A DNA stretch of 64,000 bases, taken from contig CAXXFV010000015.1 in NCBI GenBank assembly GCA_963674595.2, positions 192,001-256,000 on the forward strand, given 5' to 3'. Positions within the stretch are counted from its first letter, which is position 1; every line of letters starts with the position of its first letter. Made by a program: the position numbers and the translations under genes. The notes under the pieces are model-generated. The model saw nothing but the letters and a program-made list of their open reading frames with translations, made no database searches and was not told where the DNA came from. The DNA is from a bacterium. GTDB taxonomy: Bacteria > Zhuqueibacterota > Zhuqueibacteria > Residuimicrobiales > Krinioviventaceae. This document shows, piece after piece, positions 29,101 to 38,117 of the stretch.

Positions 29101-30841
29101 CGAGATCAATGTAAACGATCATGCTGCCAGTAAATTTTTGATTGCTCCGGCATTGGATGATCCTGAAATACCAATGGATGATGCTCAAATTGTTGGTGTT
29201 CAGTTCTTTGTTGAAATTATCGCTCTTGACAGTCATGATAGTTTGGATACTAACTTTCCTTATTTAATTGAATTGTCCAGTAATCTTACCCAGGATGAAA
29301 TTGATCTTCCGGACGGACCGTCTCGTTTAACCAATGGTGTAGGTTATTTTCCGGTAACATGTTGGAAAGAAACAGACAATCTGTTAATTACCGTTTCAGT
29401 TCCTAATGTAGATCAATACACTCTCGTTTATAATACATCCGATCCGATTACTGTTGTTCCTCCGGTTATAGATACTCCGGACACTTTAATCGTCCGTGAT
29501 TATCGAGGCGCCGATGGATTGGGTGATCAGGGTGGTTATGTCCAGTTTGTTTTTGATTATTCCGCCAATCATCCGGGTATCGGTATCGATAATATCATCA
29601 GCTATTATCAGATATACCGAAAAACATTTAATGAAGGCATCCCTGAAATATCTCATTGGTGTACAATACCGGCAACAGATCCTGGTGACACCGGTGCAGA
29701 TTCGCTTATTACCGGGCCTGTTTATACCGGTGACAATGTATTGTCTCAATGGATGGTACGTGCCGTATATACAAAAGCTCTAAATTCTAAAAATGCCACG
29801 ATTACAACGGATCAAGCCGGCACAGAACCGCGGTTAATCCGCCGTGCGGGACGTGTTGTTCTGAGAACTGAAGACAACGGCATTTCAACGACGTATGCTG
29901 ATCAAATTCAGTATGTATCCGGTTATGCCATGGCAAATGGTCGTGCAATTGATAATATAGCACCAAAATCACCTGAATATCTGCTGGCAGATAAAGAAGG
30001 TGTTACTGTTAATTTGCATTGGCAAAAAGTAACAGTCGGTATTAACGGTATGCCTGAAATTACCCCGGTTAAATATGAATTATTCTCTAACAATTCCAAA
30101 GCATATTTTAATCCGGCAACCGAAGGAACGCTCATTGCCACATTATCTGACACAACCTATATGGTCAACAGTGAAGATTTGAGAGCTTTCTTCTGTGTAC
30201 GTGCTATAGACAGCGATAATCAATCAGAACTTTCTGATCGTGTTGGAAAATATGGTTTCCATTTGGATCGTGGAGAGAATTCTGTTTATAATTATATTTC
30301 ATTTCCATTGCACAATTCTTTTGAAAATGCAAAAGGATTGGCAAATAAATTTAAAGGTATTGAAGTTGCCTTGCAGCTTGAAGAACGAACCAACGGATTC
30401 AGTAAATATTATTTGCCTGATTTAAATTTTGGTCAAAATTTTGAGTTGCATGTTGGTATGCCTTTGTTGTTATCCTTGAAAAAATCAGCAGAAGCCTCCT
30501 GGTTCTATTCCGGCCGTGTACCTGCTGCAGAATCTGTACAGTTTGCATTGAATAGAAGTGCGGCTGGTTCCTACAATGAAATCACAGTACCTCTTGATAA
30601 AACGAATATCAAGACAGCCGATGATTTGGCCAAAGATATTGGCGGTGTTGAAGTTGTTTTGAAACTGAATCCGGAAACAAATGGTTTCAGTCAATTCTGG
30701 ATTCCGTCTATAAAATACGGTACTAATTTTGAAATTGCTCCAGGTGAGGCAGTTTTAATTAACGTCAATAATTCAGCACCTGCTGTATGGCCGACATATT
30801 CTACTTCTGTCGTTCAGGTAACTAACGTAGCGGAAGAATAA
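26198..30841 (+). CDS. 1547-aa secreted surface protein with six alternating Ig-like repeats, FN3-like domain and two C-terminal ~95-aa repeats; no T9SS CTD
   Basis: Signal peptide MKNSSK..IVMA follows the SD gggagg. Repeats start DDGIKPVI, DKAGPAI, DGIFPNI, DGAGPAI, DNIAPIL, DKAGPAI. C-terminal YNYISFPL..TNGFS..NF and YNEITVPL..TNGFS..NF. Confidence 0.8.
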   Translation: MKNSSKQMVMFLVAFMLILSFSQIVMAQNGTIANRETADPQQTGYAKWIKITVKGGPGGNDNLDDNFLGMKFLVDLNVDLDNNENTHTGDVYELRGNIAGEIVSTPTGTNDYDSYFYLPVKQGTDTPYPVGETGYPTSLQPRVWLQTSGQLRVGTAPFSFPIGIDAQFEICDDGIKPVIRKAYYYDDGTGNTIAVANVHSGNITPFDGRIDRVDLIWSEPMQTPATPAVVNGMFTNLGSTIYGIEPVGEWNVTPAVIANPETYLDPAAVQQELGQFRFTFYPFSSQPNSGIQPILNYNPPASPDDRFRELRDSANPYAYAQTRALTDKAGPAIVSAKTKRANRRQPLANALTSRRIEVTFSEPVLLSTVTGSDFEVFTNGTLNPITGIISPVAPTTSSSVYEFQLTNNFATENETGTIQYTDVETNEVRDILGNVNGHSTAQEPPVRPANSRGLVIPITDGIFPNIIQVTTVDADPATQMATGGTWGWGYLDYVDVLFDHAMNITRTSVSGFSVSGMGIQTVGGTGVWLEDGRTFRVPLVATDPKLPNTGIIPTVTYTNPADPYGCEATNGGNAENLLSTDTYVSSNNYLAVQILDGAGPAIIKAYTAGRKRIRVSFSEKVNTNGWPTSLATSQAPTRFKWYVGATLSDPITTTIFFTGLSGGRQDSVVYLNHNSSEWAKTDSGGINFFAQGAVFDLNGIQNMQWDNDNSLLIRNLTNPDVKVRRDNIAPILLVLETVDIDLDGKLDHYRFSFDDLSPIFPRSSFNVANWSITGYDGVKNNLQVDLNVYNPFHSFFQPTAINTFGDTVEVFVKFDETTGAGPEVTPYGGDTGDVPDVVVDANNGFADWADNVMAALPVGLTVEADKAGPAIMSARTVNTYQVETFISENLKSSTINKEDFVLDMGLNVGIGWSFDNVTQVSPGKVVITVYQNPTLFWSPTQNGTVQFSEVGVVTDNISGTDNGNMQVAEINVNDHAASKFLIAPALDDPEIPMDDAQIVGVQFFVEIIALDSHDSLDTNFPYLIELSSNLTQDEIDLPDGPSRLTNGVGYFPVTCWKETDNLLITVSVPNVDQYTLVYNTSDPITVVPPVIDTPDTLIVRDYRGADGLGDQGGYVQFVFDYSANHPGIGIDNIISYYQIYRKTFNEGIPEISHWCTIPATDPGDTGADSLITGPVYTGDNVLSQWMVRAVYTKALNSKNATITTDQAGTEPRLIRRAGRVVLRTEDNGISTTYADQIQYVSGYAMANGRAIDNIAPKSPEYLLADKEGVTVNLHWQKVTVGINGMPEITPVKYELFSNNSKAYFNPATEGTLIATLSDTTYMVNSEDLRAFFCVRAIDSDNQSELSDRVGKYGFHLDRGENSVYNYISFPLHNSFENAKGLANKFKGIEVALQLEERTNGFSKYYLPDLNFGQNFELHVGMPLLLSLKKSAEASWFYSGRVPAAESVQFALNRSAAGSYNEITVPLDKTNIKTADDLAKDIGGVEVVLKLNPETNGFSQFWIPSIKYGTNFEIAPGEAVLINVNNSAPAVWPTYSTSVVQVTNVAEE

Positions 30842-30851
30842 ATTAAAAGTT

Positions 30852-30887
30852 TTTTACTGTTGCAGGAATTTTCCTGCAACAGTAAAA
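30852..30887. repeat. Perfect 17-bp inverted repeat between the two surface-protein genes
   Basis: TTTTACTGTTGCAGGAA-tt-TTCCTGCAACAGTAAAA. No U-tract on the plus strand. Confidence 0.85.
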
Positions 30888-30923
30888 TTAAGATAAAGAT
30901 TTTTTGATGAACTGGAGGTTAAA

Positions 30924-31874
30924 ATGAAAATTAGAGCTCTGAACATGCTGATGATTGGGCTGCTGTGCATGGCCACATTAGCTCAAGCTCAGTTGCTGCC
31001 TCATATAATTTCGGGAAAGGTTAAAAATCCCGATGGCAGTTATCCAAGTGAAAATGAAATAAAATTTCAGGGGTATTTAACAGAGTCCCCTGGTGATACC
31101 ACAACAACCGAAGCCTGTGCCGACAGTGGTGGTTGGGCTATTGAAGTTGTTTTTGGTGTACCAAACAGTAACTGGCAAGCAGGCGACACACTTGTTGTTG
31201 TTTTTGAAAACATCGGTGGCGGTGAGTTCCACGGTGCAAAACAAACACTTGTTTACGAAACAACCGGAATTGGGCTGAAAGAAGTAGTGCCTGATTTTGA
31301 ATTACCTGTAGAGTTGACAATGTTTACAGCAAGCGTTGAATATGGTACTTTTGCTGAAGAAGTTAAACTGGAATGGCGTACTGTTGGTGAAACCAATAAT
31401 CATGGCTTTGAGGTACAAAAAAGTCTTGATAACAAAAGCTATGAAAAAATCGGATTTATTAACGGCGCCGGTTCAACAAATAACGCACAATCATATCAAT
31501 TTTTTGATGAAAATGTTAAAACCGGAACATATTTTTATCGTTTAAGACAAATTGATTACGATGGTACGAGCACCACATCTGATGCTCAAAAAGTTAATGT
31601 TGCTCCTCCGCAAACATATGAATTGAGCCAGAATTTCCCAAATCCCTTTAATCCGACTACCGAAATTATTTTCCGGGTTAAAGAAGAGAACAAAGTTACC
31701 ATCGCCGTATATGATATTTTAGGACGCGAAGTTGCCATGCTTGTTAATAAAAATATGGAAGCCGGAACGCACCGGATTACTTTTGACGGTCGGAATTTAG
31801 CTTCCGGAATGTATTTGTATCGTATGAAATCAGGCGATTATAGTGCTGTTAAAAAGATGGCATTGATTAAGTAG
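30924..31874 (+). CDS. 316-aa T9SS cargo: small N-terminal beta-sandwich, LPVEL domain, type A CTD
   Basis: Signal peptide ..LAQA, LPVELTMF..W.T..ETNNHGFEV, ELSQNFPNPFNP...KKMALIK. Confidence 0.88.
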   Translation: MKIRALNMLMIGLLCMATLAQAQLLPHIISGKVKNPDGSYPSENEIKFQGYLTESPGDTTTTEACADSGGWAIEVVFGVPNSNWQAGDTLVVVFENIGGGEFHGAKQTLVYETTGIGLKEVVPDFELPVELTMFTASVEYGTFAEEVKLEWRTVGETNNHGFEVQKSLDNKSYEKIGFINGAGSTNNAQSYQFFDENVKTGTYFYRLRQIDYDGTSTTSDAQKVNVAPPQTYELSQNFPNPFNPTTEIIFRVKEENKVTIAVYDILGREVAMLVNKNMEAGTHRITFDGRNLASGMYLYRMKSGDYSAVKKMALIK

Positions 31875-31925
31875 GTTCCATTGTTCGGAAAGCCGTCTTA
31901 AACCTCCCTTCGGTTTTCCAATATC

Positions 31926-31966
31926 AAAAAAAAGCTCGATCATTAATTTGATCGAGCTTTTTTTTT
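31926..31966. terminator. Bidirectional intrinsic terminator
   Basis: A8-GCTCGATCA-ttaatt-TGATCGAGC-T9 between convergent genes. Confidence 0.9.
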
Positions 31967-31969
31967 ATT

Positions 31970-34033
31970 TTATTTTTCTAAAAAGTTTTCTTGAAATGTC
32001 GGTTTATTACCGGCCATTTTTAAAAAGATATCAAGAGGAACTATTTCAAATTCCGGCCCTAATTGATCAAGTATGGATTTAACTCTTGTAATATCACTCC
32101 ATTGTCTTACATGCATCAGTAAAAAGTAAGGACGCTTGCCGTTAATATCGGCTAGTTCCTGTAAATCAGCAACCGCATCTTCTTCCGGCCTGTCCGGTGA
32201 GAGATAATAATCAAAAGACATAAACGGGCGGTCATCTTTATTTGCAAATGTGTAAGAAGGAGCATATCCGTTTGCAAATCCGATCGCATCGGGCATGCCT
32301 TTGTAATAGGCTTCAACTATCTCTTTTGTCAAATTTGTATTTCCTTCTACGGTTGCACCTTCCGAATAGTCCATTGTTTCGAAAACTTGCAAGTCCAGCG
32401 TTTTCATCAAATCATAAGCAATTTCAATTATTTTCGGTAAATATTCCGGAGGAATAGCTTTTGGATACATATATCCGGGGCCGGACAAGGAACCGATAAA
32501 ATAATCATTTGGTGTTGCCTGGCTGTAAAAGAATTCCATCATGGCCGGTGCCAGCCATTGCCAGTTCATGGTTACTTCCCAGGCATAGGGCATTTCGCCT
32601 CTTCCCGGCTGGGTCCAGGCACCCAATCCAAGACAATCTGTTTGAATGCATGAGATATAAACTTTTTCTTCGGGAATGTATTCTTTTCCCGGTACCACAT
32701 TATGGTTGTTTTTAAATTCAAATCCGGGAGATGCCGGAACCTGGCTGCTAAAGCTCATATTCGGCAGCGTATGAAGACCTTCCACCCGTAATGCATAACT
32801 GGATGTTAATGATACATGGTCTCTTTCTTTGTCTTTTTTATAGGAATGCCAGCCGAAAACATAGGATAATGGTTTCATTTCAGACAACAGTTTGTTGGCT
32901 AAAGCGTATTCTTCCTCGTCGGACGGTTTGGAGGAAAGGTCGTTGAAAAAGGCTTTTTTATAAATACCCCAGTCAGCAACGCCTGGTTTCATAATGTTAC
33001 CATGTTCTCCGCCTAGCCAAACAATGTATTCCTTACTGCAGCGGTCCCAATATTTGTCAATGGCCCAGGCGTAAATTTCTGCATCAGACTGACCTGTAAA
33101 TTGTCGGCGAAAATCCTTAACCTTTGTTAAACCATATTTCTCAGCCATGGGAATCTGGTCTTCGCTGACAACAATTGCATTCTCCAGTCCGGCTACGGTA
33201 AAGGATACAATCAATGAAGTACGAACGTTTTTGTCCCAGACAACATATCCATCAACATGGTCTTTTAATGTTTTTAAAGCCTGATCTATGTTTTTTAATT
33301 TGGTAAAAGTATAATACCGTTCTTCGCTTAAAAATTTGTGAACATCAGGAGTAAATCGAAAATCCCATTTTTCCGGATAAATAAAATAGAGCAGGGGACC
33401 CTGGCTGTTTGCCAAACCCTGTAATGAAATGAGCAAGGCTTGTTCATCCAATTTACTGTCAATTTGCCAGTCATCTTCCAGGGTCATATAATAGGCTTCC
33501 CTGGAGCCTTTACGTTTAAAAACATACTTGACCGGGTTTCCTGTTTTTCGTGTAGACCGTTTAATTGTATAGGTTAAAATATCACTCTCCGGGGAATATT
33601 CATAGGTATGAAAACAAGTAACAGGTGTTAAACCTTGAGACCCTTTGATTTGATAATTTTCAACCAGTTCCAAAGTGTTGTCGTTTTTCCATTCAGCAAC
33701 AATAACACGATCTTTTCCAACAGGTTTTGACAAACCCATAAATACATTGGAAGGGAAAACTCTGTTTGTTATTTCAATTTTGTTGGCTCTGCCGTCTGTT
33801 TTCAAGTCCAATGAATCTGCAAAACCCCGGCGATTTCCCCACTTGTTGATGACGAGTGTCGAGTTTCCATTTTTTTCGATTTGAACAGAAAGGTCATTAT
33901 AAAGTTCGATTTGTGAACTTTTTGTTTTAACTAAAGTCCAATCTCCTGATAATGAATTGTCCGTATTGGCATAAACCAGTATTGGTACGAATAGAAACAG
34001 GGATAGAAAAAATGTTTTTATTAATTTGGGCAT
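31970..34033 (-). CDS. GxGYxYP-family putative glycoside hydrolase, secreted
   Basis: Signal peptide, SLQGLAN..GP.LY, DGYVVWD, ATPNDYFI..LSGPGYMYP. ATG 34033 follows aaaggag. Confidence 0.85.
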   Translation of the reverse strand: MPKLIKTFFLSLFLFVPILVYANTDNSLSGDWTLVKTKSSQIELYNDLSVQIEKNGNSTLVINKWGNRRGFADSLDLKTDGRANKIEITNRVFPSNVFMGLSKPVGKDRVIVAEWKNDNTLELVENYQIKGSQGLTPVTCFHTYEYSPESDILTYTIKRSTRKTGNPVKYVFKRKGSREAYYMTLEDDWQIDSKLDEQALLISLQGLANSQGPLLYFIYPEKWDFRFTPDVHKFLSEERYYTFTKLKNIDQALKTLKDHVDGYVVWDKNVRTSLIVSFTVAGLENAIVVSEDQIPMAEKYGLTKVKDFRRQFTGQSDAEIYAWAIDKYWDRCSKEYIVWLGGEHGNIMKPGVADWGIYKKAFFNDLSSKPSDEEEYALANKLLSEMKPLSYVFGWHSYKKDKERDHVSLTSSYALRVEGLHTLPNMSFSSQVPASPGFEFKNNHNVVPGKEYIPEEKVYISCIQTDCLGLGAWTQPGRGEMPYAWEVTMNWQWLAPAMMEFFYSQATPNDYFIGSLSGPGYMYPKAIPPEYLPKIIEIAYDLMKTLDLQVFETMDYSEGATVEGNTNLTKEIVEAYYKGMPDAIGFANGYAPSYTFANKDDRPFMSFDYYLSPDRPEEDAVADLQELADINGKRPYFLLMHVRQWSDITRVKSILDQLGPEFEIVPLDIFLKMAGNKPTFQENFLEK

Positions 34034-34208
34034 GCGGAATTCTCCTTTTTGGGGTAAATGGTTAAAGTTGTAATTGAAATATAAATTTTTTATCAGGCCC
34101 AACGTTAAAATTAATAGAGTAATCCTTAAGATGCAACAATATTTTTTGTATTGATGCTTTGTTTAATTATATTTAGCAAAAACCTGATTTGATATGATAA
34201 AAATACTC

Positions 34209-34237
34209 TTGCGATAAAGTAAAAATAATCGTATTCT
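34209..34237 (+). promoter_or_regulatory. Candidate sigma70 promoter of amidase gene
   Basis: TTGCGA-N17-TATTCT. Confidence 0.4.
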
Positions 34238-34272
34238 TGATAAATTTAACGTCAAATATCAACAGGTGAGAT

Positions 34273-35425
34273 GTGAGGTATTTTGGTAGATTAGCTGTTA
34301 TTATTTTATTTTGGGGATCATCTCTTTGTGCCCAGTCCTATGTTTCTGTTAAACCTTTAAAAGGTGATGGTATCATGAGCTTGTTGCGTCGTTACTTTTT
34401 ACCGACAGATAAAGAAGCTCAAAGGTTATTCAAAGAATTAAACAAAGACAAATTTGATGAAAATGACGCCTTGAAAGCGGGTGTAACTTATGATTTGCCT
34501 GTTCTAGTATACAATTATAATGGTCAAACGATTCGTTCGACTTTGGGTATTTCAGATTATAATTTGGCAAAAAAAATTCAAACCTATAATGAAAGACTTG
34601 TTCGTTCAAAATTAAAAAACGAGCTTTATAAAATTGATTTGCAGCTATGGGTTCCTGTTTATCTTGTGCCAATGGAAGCTGGTTCTGTTTCTAAAGGTGA
34701 GTTTACAATTTTTGGAAAAGAGAATAGCAGTATTTCTCTGGTTGATAACAAACTGATGGGCAAGATCTTTTACCTGGTCAGTGGGCATGGTGGACCGGAT
34801 CCCGGCGCTATAGGAAAACGGGGCAATTCCCGTCTTTATGAAGATGAATATGCCTATGATATAACACTTCGCTTAGCGCGTCAATTGCTTCAGCATGATG
34901 CCAAAGTATACATAATTGTTCGCGATCCAAATGACGGCATTCGTGATGATGCTATTTTAAAAGGCGATCACGATGAATATTATTACGGCAATCAAAGAAT
35001 TTCAAGTAACAAATTGACCCGATTGAACCAGCGAGTGAAAATTATTAATGATTTGTATTACCGTAACAGGTCCATAACAAAAAAATCAATATACCATCAT
35101 CTTGCACGTCGATTCACGGTCCAACTCTAAACGGATAGATATTTTTTACTATTATAAAAAGGGATGCGCCCTGGGGAAAAAAATTGCCAAAACGTTGTAT
35201 AAAACCATAAAAAAGAAATATGATTTAGCGCAACCGGGACGTGGATATAGTGGTGTTGTTATGACGCGTGATCTTCATCTGCTGCGTGAACTGAAACCAA
35301 CAAGCGTCTACATCGAACTGGGAAATATCCGTAACTTTAGAGACCAGGACCGGTTCACCATTGAAAACAATCGTCAGGCTGTAGCCAATTGGTTGTGTGA
35401 GGGCCTTATTGATGTTACCCATTAA
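34273..35425 (+). pseudogene. N-acetylmuramoyl-L-alanine amidase (Amidase_3, LysM-like N-terminus); split by a frameshift at the A7 run 35079-35085
   Basis: SGHGGPDPGA..EDEYAYD lies in ORF 34273-35130; HVDS and YIELGNI lie in another frame. Removing one A gives ..SITKNQYTIILHVDSR.. and 383 aa. Confidence 0.85.
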
Positions 35426-35448
35426 ATATACAGATTTTAGGAGTTAAC

Positions 35449-36411
35449 GTGCCGCTAACCTTTGACCTTCCGTTAGAACAACTTGAACAGTACCAGGGAT
35501 GTAATCCACGGCCAAAAGATTTTGATAAATATTGGGACGAAAGTCTTGAAGAAATAAAATCAATTGATCCACAAATTGAAATTTTACCCTCTGAATTTAA
35601 AACTGATTTTGCTCAATGTTCTCATTTGTATTTTACCGGAATCGGTGGTGCAAGAGTCCACGCGAAATTAATACAACCGAAAAATTTGCAAAAACCAAAC
35701 CCCGCTGTTTTAATGTTTCATGGATATTATGGTCATTCCGGTGACTGGTCAGGCAAGTTAAATTATGCGGCCAATGGCTATACGGTTGCCGCTTTGGATT
35801 GTCGCGGTCAGGGCGGGCTTTCCCGTGATACCGGAAATGTACCCGGCTGGACACTTTCCGGGCATATTATACGCGGATTGGATGGTTCAGCAAAAGACCT
35901 TTTATACCGTTCGGTATTTCTGGATACTGTGCAGTTGGCCCAAATTGTTATGGATTTACCGCAAGTGGATGAAAACAGGATCGGTGTAACAGGCGGCAGC
36001 CAGGGAGGCGCTTTGACCCTTGCCTGTGCGGCACTTGAACCGCGAATTAAACTGGCTGCTCCGGTTTTTCCGTTTTTGTGTGATTATAAACGTGTATGGG
36101 ACATAGACCTTGCGGAAAACGCCTACCAGGAGCTTAAAGAGTATTTTCGGAAATTTGATCCGCAACATAAACGTGAAATGGAAATTTTTGAACGTTTGGG
36201 CTATATTGATGTTCAATATCTGTGCCCGCGGATTCGGGCAGAGGTTTTTATGGGTGTCGGATTTATGGATAAAATTTGTCCGCCGTCAACCCAGTTTGCT
36301 GCCTATAATAAAATCAAATCACCAAAATCCATGGCAATTTTCCCGGACTATGGCCATGAGCCCTTACCGGGGATTGATGATGAGATTTATCAATTTCTTT
36401 CCAGGTTATAA
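35449..36411 (+). CDS. Acetyl xylan esterase / cephalosporin-C deacetylase (CE7)
   Basis: P.DFD.YW, FHGY, RGQ, GGSQGG, D.ICPPSTQFAAYN, GHE. Confidence 0.93.
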   Translation: MPLTFDLPLEQLEQYQGCNPRPKDFDKYWDESLEEIKSIDPQIEILPSEFKTDFAQCSHLYFTGIGGARVHAKLIQPKNLQKPNPAVLMFHGYYGHSGDWSGKLNYAANGYTVAALDCRGQGGLSRDTGNVPGWTLSGHIIRGLDGSAKDLLYRSVFLDTVQLAQIVMDLPQVDENRIGVTGGSQGGALTLACAALEPRIKLAAPVFPFLCDYKRVWDIDLAENAYQELKEYFRKFDPQHKREMEIFERLGYIDVQYLCPRIRAEVFMGVGFMDKICPPSTQFAAYNKIKSPKSMAIFPDYGHEPLPGIDDEIYQFLSRL

Positions 36412-36423
36412 CATTGTATGCCG

Positions 36424-38106
36424 CTAGGCATACAAATATCTTTTAACTTTTTGTGTTGGTGTTTTTTCAAACGGTTCGGTCTGTTCAATAATTTTTGAAA
36501 TTCTGGAAAACGTTGAAACACGATTGTTTACATCTGTTCGAATATTTTCCAGGATAGTTTTAATTTCATTATGAATTTGAGTTTCTGTCAGTTTCTGGGC
36601 TGAAAACTCTTTGTCCAGCTCTTCATAATTTAAAAAGACACGGGCAACAAGTTTATTCTCCTGCTGATATACCAAAGATTCCAGAACAGAATCGTTTTCG
36701 TTGATAATGTATTCAATCTGTTCAGGGTAGATGTTTTCGCCACTGGGTCCCAAAATCATGTTTTTTAAACGGCCTTTAATATACAGGTAATCGTTTTCAT
36801 CCAAAACCCCGAGGTCGCCGGTACGAAACCAGCCGTCTTCAGTAAAGACTGATTTTGTTTGTTCGTCATCATTATAATAACCTCGCATCACACTTGGGCC
36901 TTTAACCAGAATTTCACCTTCACCTGTTTTGGGATCGGGTTTGTCGATTTTAACCTGTACCCCGGGAAGAGCCGGGCCTGTAGAACGATACCTGGTTTTT
37001 GTGGGGTCCGTTCCGGCAATGAGCGGGGATGTTTCAGTCAACCCGTAACCAATTGCATAGGGGAACTTTGCTTCACGCATGAATTTTTCCACTTCCGGAG
37101 AAACAGCAGAACCACCAATCCCAAAAAAGTGCAGTTCACCTCCAAAAGATTTTAAAAGTTTTTTCCCTGCCAGTTGAATGATTTTTTTCCGAACAGGCTC
37201 AATTTTCGTCAACTGTTTTAAAAGTGTACTTTTTGTAAGTTGTGGTAAAATTCTTAATTTATAAATTTTTTCTATAATTAACGGCACGGTCAGCATCATT
37301 GTCGGTCTTATTTTTTGCATGGCCGGAAGCAGTACACGGGCAATCGGCGGTTTGTTCATATAATAAACACAGGAACCCTGCATAAACGGTATGACAAGGC
37401 CCAGTGTGCATTCGTAGGTGTGTGAAAGCGGTAAAACAGACAGCAGACGATCATTGGGTGCAACTTTAACAATAAGTGTGGTTGCATAGGCATCGTAAAC
37501 AACGTTTTTATGTGTGAGCATAACGCCTTTTGACTTTCCGGTTGTTCCGGATGTATATATAATGGCGGCCAGGTCATCTTCTTTTATTTCGTCATTTCGT
37601 AAACCCGCCATTTTCAGCGCGGCTGCCTTTAGTTTGGCAAACTCTTTGGTTCTTTCTTTTACAACATCCCGAAGAGCATCTCTTTTTGTTCTTGGAGGAA
37701 TCAGTGAAAAGTCATCCATTAAAATAATACTGTTCAGCTTTTCAAATTCCTCTTCTTCCAGTTTTTCATAAAGTTTTTCCGAAACAAAAATGGCTTTGGA
37801 TTCGGAGTGACGTAAAATGTGATGAATTTCGTTTGGATGAAAGTCGGGAAGAATGGGGACAGCTACAGCGCCCATTGATGTTACGGCAAAATATGCAATG
37901 GCCCAATTCGGCATATTCTCACTCAGAATTGCGACACGGTCTTCGGATATAATTCCCTGTTTATTTAAAAGCACTTTTAATTGTTGAATTTTTTCATTTG
38001 CCTGACTAAAAGTCATGGGCTCATCATCCACCCAGGAAAGGGCGGGATTATTGGCAAATTTTTCTGTGCTGTTTTCTAATACAGATAAAAGAGTATAATT
38101 TTTCAT
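36424..38106 (-). CDS. Long-chain fatty acid--CoA ligase (AMP-binding)
   Basis: IYTSGTTGKSKGVMLTH, GYGLTET, WFRTGDLG, GRLKNMI..GENIYPE. Confidence 0.93.
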   Translation of the reverse strand: MKNYTLLSVLENSTEKFANNPALSWVDDEPMTFSQANEKIQQLKVLLNKQGIISEDRVAILSENMPNWAIAYFAVTSMGAVAVPILPDFHPNEIHHILRHSESKAIFVSEKLYEKLEEEEFEKLNSIILMDDFSLIPPRTKRDALRDVVKERTKEFAKLKAAALKMAGLRNDEIKEDDLAAIIYTSGTTGKSKGVMLTHKNVVYDAYATTLIVKVAPNDRLLSVLPLSHTYECTLGLVIPFMQGSCVYYMNKPPIARVLLPAMQKIRPTMMLTVPLIIEKIYKLRILPQLTKSTLLKQLTKIEPVRKKIIQLAGKKLLKSFGGELHFFGIGGSAVSPEVEKFMREAKFPYAIGYGLTETSPLIAGTDPTKTRYRSTGPALPGVQVKIDKPDPKTGEGEILVKGPSVMRGYYNDDEQTKSVFTEDGWFRTGDLGVLDENDYLYIKGRLKNMILGPSGENIYPEQIEYIINENDSVLESLVYQQENKLVARVFLNYEELDKEFSAQKLTETQIHNEIKTILENIRTDVNNRVSTFSRISKIIEQTEPFEKTPTQKVKRYLYA

Positions 38107-38117
38107 AAATTTCCCTG

